A program made the position numbers and the translations under genes. A stretch of DNA of 50,382 nucleotides from Octopus bimaculoides (lineage: Eukaryota). The notes beneath the pieces are model-generated. The model did no database searches and was not told the DNA's origin. It was given only the letters and a program-made list of their open reading frames with translations. Location: NCBI RefSeq assembly GCF_001194135.2, contig NC_069001.1, positions 8,952,213 to 9,002,594 on the forward strand, written 5' to 3'. Below are positions 23,686-36,541 of the stretch, in pieces (position 1 is the stretch's first letter; every line of letters begins with the position of its first letter).

Positions 23686-23862
23686 ATTATTTACATTATT
23701 TACATTTGACGGATATTCGTCCTCATCTTGTTTGTTGTTAACACAACGTTTCGGCTGATATATCCTCCAGCCTTCGTCAGGTGTCTTGGGGAAATTTCGA
23801 ACCTGGGTTCGAAATAATGTAAATAATGTAAATAATTCCTCATCTCTTAAATATAGAACTGT
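23686..23862. mobile_element. Penelope-like terminal-repeat fragment with internal inversion, carrying the hammerhead
   Basis: Hammerhead motif; perfect 21-bp inverted repeat (23686-23706 / 23816-23836); junction hairpin atttcgaacc-tg-ggttcgaaat. Family assignment is inferred from the known hammerhead-PLE association. Confidence 0.55.
23740..23785 (-). ncRNA. Minimal type I hammerhead ribozyme motif (Penelope-like-element type)
   Basis: Minus strand reads GACAC-CUGACGA-A-GGCUG-gaggauauau-CAGCC-GAAAC-GUU-GUGUU. Catalytic core is complete, stem II is 5 bp, stem I is GACAC/GUGUU, stem III is the palindromic ACGU without a loop, and the cleavage triplet is GUU. Confidence 0.75.
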
Positions 23863-24360
23863 AATACTTTAGNNNNNNNNNNNNNNNNNNNNNNNNNNNN
23901 NNNNNNNNNNNNNNNNNNNNNNNNNNNNNNNNNNNNNNNNNNNNNNNNNNNNNNNNNNNNNNNNNNNNNNNNNNNNNNNNNNNNNNNNNNNNNNNNNNNN
24001 NNNNNNNNNNNNNNNNNNNNNNNNNNNNNNNNNNNNNNNNNNNNNNNNNNNNNNNNNNNNNNNNNNNNNNNNNNNNNNNNNNNNNNNNNNNNNNNNNNNN
24101 NNNNNNNNNNNNNNNNNNNNNNNNNNNNNNNNNNNNNNNNNNNNNNNNNNNNNNNNNNNNNNNNNNNNNNNNNNNNNNNNNNNNNNNNNNNNNNNNNNNN
24201 NNNNNNNNNNNNNNNNNNNNNNNNNNNNNNNNNNNNNNNNNNNNNNNNNNNNNNNNNNNNNNNNNNNNNNNNNNNNNNNNNNNNNNNNNNNNNNNNNNNN
24301 NNNNNNNNNNNNNNNNNNNNNNNNNNNNTATATATATATATATATCTAACACAGTCCTCA

Positions 24361-24500
24361 ATTGGTATTAATTTTATCGACTCCGAAAGGAGATGAAAGG
24401 CAAAGTCAACCTTGGCGGAATTTGAACTCAGAACGTAAAGATTGACGAAATACCGCTGAGCAATTTGCTCGATGTGCTAACGATCTACCAACTCGCTGCT
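24361..24500 (-). mobile_element. SINE family A, partial
   Basis: gatgaaaggcaaagtcaaccttggcggaatttgaactcagaacgtaaag. Confidence 0.8.
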
Positions 24501-25489
24501 TTGCAAATACGTAATTGTTTTTGTTATTAATTATTTGGTACTTAGAGAGTTTAGGATTATTTTTATAGTTTGTGGTCTGATTTGTTATGATATTCTCTCT
24601 CTCTCTTCAAAAATATACACAAACACAGTATTTGATCTAAAGGACTTTTGATGTGAAACTGTATGTTGAAACAGTGAAATCTGGGATTGTCATTCTGAGC
24701 ACCGACTGCAATTGACATTATTATCAGTTAATAAATAAATAAACTATTGAATGAATTAATTAACCAATTAATTGATTTGTTGAAGTCTTTCAGCGCAAAT
24801 CTTCGGATTCCCCATTATTTATCCTCTGAGTTCTCTTTTTCCGTGACCGGTATTTCTGAATATTTAACTATTTATGATTAGGTGACTATCATTGCGCTAT
24901 CTCCCTCTTTTTTTCTCTTTCTCTCAGTGTCTCTTTTAGGTATTGTGTGTAGTCAGAATAGAGGCGCTCTGTGTGTTTATGGCGGGGAGTTTCTGCATGT
25001 TTACATGTGTGAAAGTTATACATATGCACGCTCACACATGCACATACGTACCCAAAAAGACTTTTCTCACGCAGCATTAGTTTTGACGGAAGGAAAAAAA
25101 ATAAAGAAAAAAGTCAGATACATTTTGAACGCACCTCTTATAAATATACTTTTTCTGGTTTTATTGTTGCGTCAGTTAAAGTAATAACAAAATTTGGGAT
25201 CGTTCCTATTGTTCATTAGGTTTTACTTTCAGGTTTTATGACAATGTCAGTTACTTTATCTCTGTCCGTATATTGGTATGTAAGAATATGTGCGTTTGTA
25301 TGTGTTCACCCATAATACACTTATTATTGTACATAGGTACGCACGCATGTACACATCAACGTATACATATACAAACACACATGGCTACGAATGCATATAC
25401 TTATATACATACACTCACTCTTACAGATACGTGCACATGCATAAATACATACTACACCATATTATGTTACATTATATTATATTAAATAA

Positions 25490-25881
25490 TGAAGGCGACG
25501 AGCTGGCAGAATCGTTAGCACGCCGGGCGAGATGCTGAGCGGCATTTCGCCCGTCGCCACGTTCTGAGTTCAAATTTCGTCCAGTTCGACTTTGCCTTTC
25601 ATGCTTTCGGGATCGATAAGTACCAGTTGCGTACTGGGATCAATCTAATCGACTGGCCCCCCAGTAGAATAGAATATTTCATACTAAGGCTGCAAACTGG
25701 CAGAATCGTTAGCACAACGAGCAAAATGCTCAACGGCATTTCACCCAATATTACGTTTTGAGTTCAAATTCTGCAAAGATCGTCTGTGCCTTTCATCTCC
25801 TTTCAGGGCCGATAAAATAAGTACCTGTAGAGCACTGTGGTCGATGTAACTGACTGACCTTGTGCCAAAATTTGAAACCAA
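25490..25881 (+). mobile_element. Two tandem SINE family A copies (25490-25640 and 25695-25881)
   Basis: Two ctggcagaatcgttagcac heads followed by core sequence. The first tail begins as type 1 and the second is type 3. Confidence 0.8.
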
Positions 25882-25994
25882 TATTATTTCATACATATAA
25901 ATATGTATATATATATATATATATATGCACATATTTATGTATATATACATATATATTGTACATATATACATATAGTATATATATATACATACAG

Positions 25995-26030
<36 letters not shown>

Positions 26031-26131
26031 TNNNNNNNNNNNNNNNNNNNNNNNNNNNNNNNNNNNNNNNNNNNNNNNNNNNNNNNNNNNNNNNNNNNNN
26101 NNNNNNNNNNNNNNNNNNNNNNNNNNNNNNN

Positions 26132-26164
<33 letters not shown>

Positions 26165-26622
26165 CATACATATGCATATATTTATGTATATATACATATA
26201 CACACACACACATATATATATATACACACACATATTTTCAGAAAGAACAGTCTTGATGATCTCATCAACTCCAAATTAATTTTAATGGATATCTTCAGGG
26301 GAGTGGATGGCGGTGATGAATCATATCTTTTGTAGTCCTGAACCTCCCCAATGAGACATAATGTTGTTTACTCTATGACCAGCAGGATCTCACAGCGACT
26401 AAATAGACGTTGTATTTGTTTCTGAAGTACATTGACTGGTTAAAGAAATTACAACACTGACATTGGAAAACTTCCAAAATGTGTCTCATGAATGAAGAAC
26501 ATTTGGGTAAGTGCAGGTTATCATACTTGAGATTGGGAACCAAAAATAAGGTTTAATTGTGCAGAAACTATCCTTGGGAAATTTTCCAATGCCATTTTAA
26601 TTTGACTAATCAGTGATTGTTG

Positions 26623-26660
<38 letters not shown>

Positions 26661-28117
26661 AATTCTGTGTCAGTCATTTTGAGATCTTGTTGACCATTGA
26701 GAAGACTATGCTTCTCTGAGAACGTCCAAAAGATGTCCAGAGGTCTCACCATGGCTGCCTAAAATTCACTCTGTTCCACTGAAAATCTCCATTAAAATTA
26801 ATTTTGTCCTATCAAAATTTTAGGAACTCTCTCTCTCCGCCTCTTCTCTCTCCCTCTCTCTCTCCCTCCCTTTTACATTCTGAGACCTGAAACAGCCATT
26901 GATATGTTTTAACTGGAGTTCAGAGGTATAACTCAATTCCCCTCTCGGAAGGAAGGTCTTTTTGGAAGAGATATATTCCGAATGTTACAATTCATGGAAA
27001 TCGGCTTGTTGTCTCAGGTCGCGATTGACGGTCATAGATTTTTTTGTGGTTTATTTGCTAAGGAACGATGTGTTTTTATGTCAAAGTCTTTCACACGCTT
27101 CACTGAAGAAGTGAATTTTTACATGTATTTATACAATCATACACAGGCATGGTCGAATGGTTATTAAGATTCTGAGTTCGCTCCCACCGTGTAGCATCTG
27201 GAAATAGCTAATTCTAGCACAGTTTCACGTCGACTCAAGTCTTTTGAATCTATTTGAATAGACAGGAACTGTGTGGAGTCTTGCTGCATGGGCAACACTT
27301 GTAATTCTAAAGATCTCTCCTGTTATACTGAATACCATGCTGAGTCTATTAGAAAATTACATTAAGAACATAAGTGTCAGTGGAAAGATAGAAATTGGAT
27401 ACCAATCCGTTTCATTGACTGTGTTGCATGTATGTATGTATGAATATATATATATTAAATATTTAAATTATATATTTTATATATAATATATATTATAATA
27501 TAGTATATTATAATATATAACATAAATGTAATATAATATAGTATATGATATGTGTGTGTGTGTGTGCTTAAATGAAATTCGAGTGACTGGGGTCTTTAAG
27601 CGTTGCTTAACATGCCATTGAACTGGTTCAGAAGAAAATTTCAATCCCAGTCAAAGCAAATTTCATAAGAAACTTGACATTATTTTCAGTATGGAGTTCC
27701 ACCACCATCAGTAGATTTTTTCCCCCGTTGTTATTCTCATACCTGTTATAAAACAATAATAACCTCAATTAGCCCTAACCCCCCTCCTCCACACACACCC
27801 TCCTCCTCCACACACCCCTCCCCCGCACACTGCACCATGTAATTCAAAGAACTGTCATTGTTCTGCACAGAGTCACACTGCTTCTGTTAAACATTACAAT
27901 TGTCTTTGGAATGTTCAGTCAATTGCGTTACACACACAATAAAATCACACTGATTCGGCCCGATGACTGGCTAAATACGTACGCCAAGGGTGCAATTGTC
28001 TGTGGAATGCTCACCCACTTTTCACCCTATACAAGTCAACGCATAGTTATGTAGTTCCGTTGATCGGGCAACAGGAATACTGACTGATCACCGAAATCAA
28101 CGGAAGATCCACTTGCC

Positions 28118-28148
<31 letters not shown>

Positions 28149-28156
28149 CATAGGAA

Positions 28157-28194
<38 letters not shown>

Positions 28195-29854
28195 CGTACA
28201 CACGCACCCATGTATATATTGCGTATATTTGTATTTACATTTAATCACATTACTTTGAGAAAAGACAGTATGGGAACGAGAGGGCCGGGAAGTATAGACT
28301 AATTGTTTTCGACGTAGGCCATCACTTTCTTCGGATTCTAGTGTTTAACTTAACTAGAAGGAAAAACTGAGATAATGGTAGGGTTGCATTGAAACGCTGA
28401 AATTACTATCTATCATGACAGTTATGCATCCTGTCGACTTCTTGATTACTAATACTCTTGTATTATATGTTTGTGTATGTGTGTGCTGTGTATTTTATTT
28501 TTGTCTGTTGTTCTCTGTTATGGTATTTCGCATTTTAAATTGATATGATTAACTTACCTTGCACCTAGACCAACCGTGTGTTCAAACTATCGAGAGATCA
28601 GTAATGTGAGACGCGGATCAAATAGCTGAGGTAATTACTGAATGTGAGCCAGCAGCTCAACGCATGTATGCAGGAATGAATGATTGTATGTATGTAGGAA
28701 TGAATGATTGTATGTATGTATGCATGTGCGTTTATGTATATACATGCATATATATACTCTTTTACTCGTTTCAGTCATTTGACTGCGACCATGCTGGAGC
28801 ACCGCCTTTAGTCGAGAAAATCGACCCCAGGACTCATTCTTTGTAAGTCTATATAAATATATATTTAAATATACATATATTTGCATATACGTATGTATAG
28901 TGTATACGTGTGTATATGTGTATATATGTAGAGGTCCGTATATCTATGTATATGTATTTTATATATATATGTGTGTGCATGTGTGTAAATATGCGTCTGT
29001 GTGCGCATGTGTGTGTATGTGGATACCCATACCTATACGTGTGTGTATATGTTCTTGCCGCTTCTAAGGAATTTATTTCAATACGTATGTATGCTAGCCA
29101 TAAATCTTACTATATATATATATATATATATATACATATATATGCTTGTGTATCTGAATAACCAAGAGTGTGTGTGTGTGTGTATGTATGTGTATGTGTC
29201 GTCTGTTCTCAGGAATTTACTAATTGATATCCACCATTATTATTCTCCCGTTCTCCTTTTTCTGACTTAGATGACCGCTTATTCTCACTACATTTTATCT
29301 TCTTTCATCTCTCTCAACCCTCTCTCTCTCCTTCTCTCTATCTGTCTCTCTATCATTCACTCTTATCTTCCACTTTTTCTGACTAATCTTGCTTTCTTTT
29401 TCGGAATTATTCGTGGCGTCTTTCTTTCTGCTCCCCCATTCTTTTCTCTCCTGCACTTTTACATACACCATCTCACCCTCTCTCCTTCTCTTCAGTTACT
29501 CTTCATTGTTTTCTATTTTTTCGATATAACCCCCTTTCACCTTCCTCTCGCATTTTCTCTCAATCTGCCCTCTACTTCTCTCTGAGTAAATTTTACCATT
29601 TCATTTCACTTTGAAAGGATTTATTCTCTGCCTCTGTATGTCTGACCGGCTGACTGTCTGTTGTCTGTTCTATTTGAATGTCTATCTGCCTGCCTATCTG
29701 CTTGTTTAACTGACTGTCTCTCTGACTGTCTTTCTCTCTCTCATCCTCCCTCTCTTCCTCCTCTAATTCCTTTAGTTCTCTCTCTCTCACTCTCCACTGC
29801 TCTTCATTTTCCCCCCTCTTACAGCTAAAACTCTCTCTCTCACTCGCATTCATT

Positions 29855-29902
29855 CAATGGTATTTACAATCAATGGTATTTACAATCAATGGTATTTATA
29901 AT
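29855..29902. repeat. Tandem repeat, 3 x 16 nt (caatggtatttacaat)
   Basis: Units at 29855, 29871 and 29887; the third has one mismatch. Confidence 0.9.
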
Positions 29903-30306
29903 AAACATTCAATTGCACGCACTCACACATACTCAAGTACATAGACATTCACACACATACTCACGCAAATACTCATACACATAAACACACTATCACACCA
30001 CACGCACATAACAAACCAATAATCACCTCTACCCCACCCCTTACAAACACCTATAGCTTTCTAATCTACATTCATCATATTCCATTCTGTCCCAAACCTT
30101 CCTTTCCTCTGCTAATAAACAGGTGTTGCTACATATTCCACGAAAAACGACACGTTTACTACTACTACTACTACTACTACTAGTGCTGCTACAACTACTA
30201 CTACTGCTGCTGTTCTTCTTCGAGCCAGTGAAAGAGCATCTGTTTAGCTAGTTACTTGGCTTGCTAAAAATATTAGCCAACTCATCCTCAATTGGCACTC
30301 TATAAA

Positions 30307-30345
<39 letters not shown>

Positions 30346-31597
30346 AAAGCCGAAAGGTATTGGGTAATTTAGTGTTCGACAACATGGGTTAGTCACGGTA
30401 GTAACGCCTATTGATCATTGGCTTGATCGAACAGCGTTAATTCGGGGCTAAACGACTATATTAATAACAATAATTCTTCTCTTTCTCTCGATCTCTGCTT
30501 CTGATCTGTTTGCTAGTCTTTCTCCTCGTTCTTTCTGACCCCCCCCCCCCATTTATCTTTCTCTCTCTCACTTTCTGTCTCTCTCTTCCTCTTTCTTTCT
30601 CTGAATAGCCAGGCGATATCCTGCAGGCATTTCGCATAATCTAGACAGTCAACAAATACTTCACAATCACTCAGCTGACATTGGCAATCAATCGATTTGC
30701 AGTCACACGTATATACGTACAGACACACGCACATACATACATACATACATACATACATACATACATACAGGGAGTTTCAGAGAAAGAAATCAATAAACTA
30801 ATTCACACATTACAAACACAATCTGTAAGTGGAACAGTAAAAATATGCAAAACTTTTCTCAAGTTCAAACTGTAACATTGTTTTCGTTATCTACATTCCG
30901 ACGATGGAGATTTGTATCTTTGTTAGAAAGGAGCTCCTTCCTCAGAGGAAGAACTTAAATAATTAAAAATAGAAGAGAACATACATACATACATACTTGT
31001 ATTCGAACATACATACATGCAAACACACATACGTATTTATACATGCAGAGATCTGGAAGAGAAGCGTAACATACGGAATAAATGAGAAATAGGTTATGCA
31101 TGGGTATGTTGCTCGTAAGCTTAAAGATGATGTTAACATTTGCATGAAGCGTAAACTCTCTTGGATTCGTGATCGTTACATCCCGTCACATTTCGCAGAT
31201 TACACTTTCGTAATTGAAATGCAGGCGATACAGTGAAACCTTCAAACCATGAGATACAACCGAAAATGTTGGCGATATACAAAATTGTCATTAAATACCA
31301 TCTGTGCCACCTTCTAACGTTGCATGATGTTGCTAAAGTAACATGCAATAATATTCGCCAAACATTTGGTTACAGGTTTTATAATACAACGACGGCTCAA
31401 GGTTGCTTACGAGAAAAAACTATTTTGCACTACACTACATATATAGTAGAGAGTGGACGCTATGTAATGCATAATTAATTATTATGAATTAATCGCCACT
31501 CACTGTAGCCAGATCAGATAGTGTTTTATATATGATCAGAATCAAATGAAATTTGAAATCGCTCAGTTTGATCTATTTTCTGTTTACAGAGAGAGAA

Positions 31598-31630
<33 letters not shown>

Positions 31631-31859
31631 AAGAGAGAGAGCGAGAGAGAGCGGGAGAGAGAGAAACAACAAAACAATTATTTGCTATTGTTCCACTACA
31701 ACGTCAGCAAAAGAAAGATTTACTTTACATCACTCAACAAAATATAGCACACACATATACAAACATAAACAGCTCGCGCTTTTATGTGACTGTCATGTCA
31801 GTATTGGGTCACATGTATGTATGTACGTATGTTTACGTATGTATGTATGTATACATATT

Positions 31860-32545
31860 GGTCTCGCATGGCTATAGATCTGCACCGTTCACAGAGCAGC
31901 GTCTGTTGTAACACTAGAACCACATAAGAACAACAGTCCCGGCTGCAGTGACTGCAATTAAATGCACTATCAACCAGTCTTCTGGTGCTGCTTTTACATC
32001 GAATATGATTTTCTCCAGCAATCTCATCCTTTCTTCTCGTCTTTTAAAACCCCTGCCAATTTCCAGCCTGCAGAGCGGGGAGCGATCTTTAGCAATGCCC
32101 GCCTACCTTTCAACGTTTAGTTTGCAAAGGACTTTATATATTTCATGCTCTTTATATATTTCATGCGCGGGCCAGTATATCGCTGTTGTTGACTCGATTT
32201 GTCCATCTGATGTCCAGCATCCGTCTCAGATCGCATAGGTGGAAGGCTTTGAGATGCCGCTCTTGTCTAGGGTAGAGTTTCACAGCTCACTGTAACAAGT
32301 CTCACTGCTACAAAGCGGTCGACTGATACGCGAGCTTAGCGTTCACCGTTAAGTTGCAGTTCTTTCGGACCCTTGTCATTCTGAATAGTCTTGAGGCTGT
32401 TCTTAAAAAAATGTCTTGATCTCTGGAGAGAGACTGTCTGTGATTGTAGAATCAGTGTGAACTCATAAACTACCTTCAACTCGCAATCGTCGACAGTAAT
32501 AGTAAAGGCGTGCTCAACATCCTGGTCTAGCACTTTCATCGATTA
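31860..32545 (-). mobile_element. RTE (BovB-like) LINE 3' fragment with internal deletion
   Basis: KVLDQDVEHAFTITVDDCELKVVYEFT and RQERHLKAFHLCDLRRMLDIRWTNRVNNSDILAR, then a jump to the C-terminal region. A 17-nt duplication (32132-32148 / 32150-32166) marks the junction. Confidence 0.8.
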
Positions 32546-34384
32546 AACGTCCGTATGGAATTATTTGACTGCGCAGAAATATGTAATCCCATTAGTTTAT
32601 ATAGTCTAAATATACTGAAGCAGAAATTCACTACAATAGATATAGGCTAATGGGTAAGCCATATCTTAGCACACCAATAGATATTAAATGTGCTAAAAAT
32701 CGACCGAGTAGACAGCTTTATTTATTTCGACAAAAATTACAAAAGTAAGTGCCGTAAATTTCTTAGACATTTTAGCCCCAATCTAATCACTAACAAATAC
32801 AATCATATTGCAAAACTAAAATATGATAATATATATTCTTGATGTCCAGTCATAGGTTTCAAAATTCTCATTCATAATAAAAGAATTTGTAACCTGTCAT
32901 CAAATAGTCAACAATTAGACACTCAATTATTATACAGAATTGAAGTCAACAGCTTGAAAAATAAGATCACACATGCACCTAACCGCCAGCTAACCAATAA
33001 TTAGAAGAGACACTGAAAAACTATCTACTTCAAACCTTTTTACTTTAATACATTTAGGCAGCAAACTAACAGAATCGTTAGCTGGCCGGGTTAAATGCTT
33101 AGCGGCAATATGAAGGACCCCCCACATAATCTATTAACACGCAAGCCAATTAAACTAACTGCATATGGAGAAATACTTATGTATGCTCATTTAATCAATC
33201 ATGCAATGTCGAGGCATTTAACTACGAAGCAGAAATCACCTCCAATAAAACAAACCAAGCGAAACCACACCTAACCATCCACACACACACACACACACAC
33301 ATGAATGTGTGTGTGTTTGTACAGTGCCCTCACATATAAGTGTGTGTTTAGATACTATAACATGATGGTAGTCTGCTATCTTTGACCTTTCAAATGACGA
33401 TAGTTAATTACAATAACTTTTACCACCACCATGACAATATCATGGTGATCTTAACAACTACCAGCGATATCAATATCACGATCTGCCAACAGACCGATGA
33501 GGGTCTCCGATGTGAACACTCGATCAATTAGAAATAGCTGCTAAATTTTCTTAAACCAGATTAAATCTTTCAACAATAGATCTCATTTTCCTTTCCCTTA
33601 TGGTTGTGACGGAAATCCACAAAAAAAAAGAAAGAAAAAGAAAAAACCTTACTGGTGTATTTCGTATCGGAAGTAAAAAGCAAAAAAGAGAAACTGCATC
33701 TTGAAGTCAAAAAAAGACACGAAACTATTGCTTGCTTTGTTTCATTAATCATGCTTGCGTATAACAAAATTATGAATTAAGGTTTTTTTTCAAGTATTTG
33801 TATGGAGTATTACTCTCCCACCTTGACGGTGATACAGCTGCATATACAGTCATCCACGACCTCAGAGAAAATGGTCACCCACCTAATTGGCATAAAGTCA
33901 TTCACACACAGGCTCCAGCCTATAACTCACAGGCGCACCGTTTCCTCTCTAGAAGATTCTCTGCGGCTGTTACAGTAGTTCTAATGGAGTATGGTTGAGT
34001 TAACGTCACTTACACTCAAGCATTCGCTTCTCATTAGTCTATTCTCTTTTCGTTACTCTTGATGTCTCTAACGTTATCTCTAAACCCACGCTAGTCACTT
34101 CGCGTAGTCCTTTCTTCTCAAAATGTCGGCACTCTGGAATCCCTTCTTGCAGATATCTGTCCTGGTGGTGATAACTTTCAAAGGTTCAAGAGGAATATTT
34201 ATGATATTAATATTGCCGGTCTAAGAGGCCTACGAACGCTCTGGACACTGTCCTTTTCCCCAGTCTCAGCAAGTAAATAAATGAAAAAAAACTAACCTGC
34301 GATGCACCCAAGTATGTCTTGTGGTGCATCAGTAGGGAACCATTATAATGATGAGTGTTGCAAACAGTAAATTATTGATTGCGA

Positions 34385-34960
34385 ACAATGAAATATTGGT
34401 TCTTTCGAGAAAGACTTCTCATTGTATGTTAGTGGAACATCACTGAAGCAAGTGGAGAAGTTTAAGTGTCTCGGAATCGTATTTACGAATGATAGGAGAC
34501 AGGAAGCTGAAGTGGATGCTACAATTTCAGGTGCTGTCACAGCAATGCGCCAACTCCAGCAGATGACCTTCAAAGAGAAAAGATTCGTAATGACCGAAAG
34601 AGTACGATTGTGAATACAAATGGTGGCAATAGGCTTCCTCCGAAGGATCTCTGAAGTAACGTTACTCGACAGAGTGTGTAGCATGCAGATCAGAGAGTCT
34701 CTCTTCGTCAAGCCGTTACTTCTCCTCATTGAGAGGTCACAGATCCGGTACTACGGACATGTGGTTAGAATGTCGCGTAAAAAAGATCACAAAACAGATT
34801 CTTCAGACCGAGTCATTCGGCAGGAGATCCAGTGATAGGCCAAAACGAGATGGTTGGATAATATGCATTGTCTCAGTTAGTCATGCTTGAGAACACAGCC
34901 GGAATATGTAATGACAGTTGCTTCTGATAGGACCCTATGGAGGAGAGCAGTGAGCGGCAA
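34385..34960 (+). mobile_element. RTE (Expander/Rex3-like) LINE 3' fragment
   Basis: LKQVEKFKCLGIVFTNDRRQEAEVDATISGAVTAMRQL, FLRRISEVTLLDRVCSMQIRESLFVKPLLLLIERSQIRYYGHVVRM and RPKTRWLD. Confidence 0.85.
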
Positions 34961-35393
34961 AACTAGATAGATAAATGGATGCTCTACCTTTCTAAAAATG
35001 TAGGAAATATTGGATTATGTAGATTTAGATATGCTGAACAAATGACAGAGGATGATCATGACTGGGAAGCTTTTAATACCAACTATTTTGAATCAGGGCT
35101 GACCAGGGACTATACAGCAACATCATGATGTGCTGGAAGAAGTAGACGAATCTTGCTCAAAGTCATTCTACAATGTTTCGGTAATATAGTCCAAGATAGG
35201 CAATGCAAGGAAAAGGAAAAAAAGAGATAGCCATGCTTGGACGGTCTTAAATCCAAGGACTACTCTTTCAGAATTGCTCTGTGGTTACACGCCAACAAAA
35301 AACAATAACGTGATGTAGCGTGTCAGCGAGGGTGCTTTCACGCAGTCGCTCCAACTATGTAAAACCACAATGAAATTCTCCTCATCAGTGACC

Positions 35394-35433
<40 letters not shown>

Positions 35434-35879
35434 AAACACTAGTTACGATTACAATTAAAGATCACAGGTATGTAAATAGTAATTTGAGCATCAAAGAGAA
35501 TGATAAACTCTCTTAGGTATCGCTTGCCGACCAGACACGTTATTCATGAAACGATTTTAATTATCGATCTCAAACTGTTTTTTCCATAATTTTTGTTGTT
35601 TATTAAAAAAATCTACCATACATACATACATACATACACGCACACTCTTTTACATATTTCAGGTATTAAATTGCGGCCACGCTGCAGCACCGCCTTGAAT
35701 ATTTTAGTCGATCAAAAATCACGCAATACTTATTCTTTTAAACTCCGGTACTTATTCTAATTTTTTTGTTTTTGCTGAACTACCAAAGTATGAGGACATA
35801 AAAACAAATTGAGAGAGGGAGAGAGAGAGGGGGGGAGGAAAGAGAATGAGAGGATGGTGTGAGAGAGATGGTGGAAAAG

Positions 35880-36410
35880 TAAGAGAAAGGAGTATAAATG
35901 CTGGTTTAGAAACTAAACGTAAACAGTCCGGAGTTATATCATCTTCAGATTGAAAATAACTTATGATTGGAGATCAGACGGTAGCTGCAATGTTGAAAGA
36001 AAAATTAGGAAATGCTCAATAGCAAATTAATATCAGAATAATCGTTGGAAAAGCTGCCTTGATGAGACTACAGAAATTAATGAAAGATAAAAGAGACAGA
36101 TTATTAAATTCTATGATATATCTAGCAATGATGTATTAATATGAAAGTTGGGCAATTAATAAGATAGACTGATGCATTGAAAATGTAATGGCAAAGAAGA
36201 TTATTGAGAACACGCAGGAAAGAAGAACAAACGGATTAATACGGCCGTTCGGGAAACCTGAAGTTCCTTGAAAGAACTGGTTGTTAAACGATGAATAAAA
36301 TTCGTTAGTTTCGTTAAATATTTGATCAGGTGGAGGAAGTTTCAAAAGCTTTCAATAATGAAGAACTGAGTGTTCAAAAGGCGAAAGATGGCTAAGCATG
36401 GGGGAGGTGT
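35880..36410 (+). mobile_element. Highly degenerate RTE-BovB-like LINE 3' fragment
   Basis: Pieces DGSC..E, IVGKAALMRLQKLMKDK and YESWAINK, separated by frameshifts and stops. Confidence 0.6.
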
Positions 36411-36498
36411 GTAGATGGGGTGACGATGGTGAGTAAAATGACATCCTTCAGTCAACTACGTACGTACGGGTAACTGTGAAACCAGACAGAACTGGAAA

Positions 36499-36541
<43 letters not shown>

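Noticed and set aside
29855-29902. Short direct repeats as a CRISPR-like array
   Set aside because: The units are contiguous with no spacers and the context is eukaryotic; it is an ordinary tandem repeat.
31140-31400. Possible mariner catalytic-region remnant on the minus strand
   Set aside because: The resemblance needs several assumed frameshifts and there is no clear TIR.
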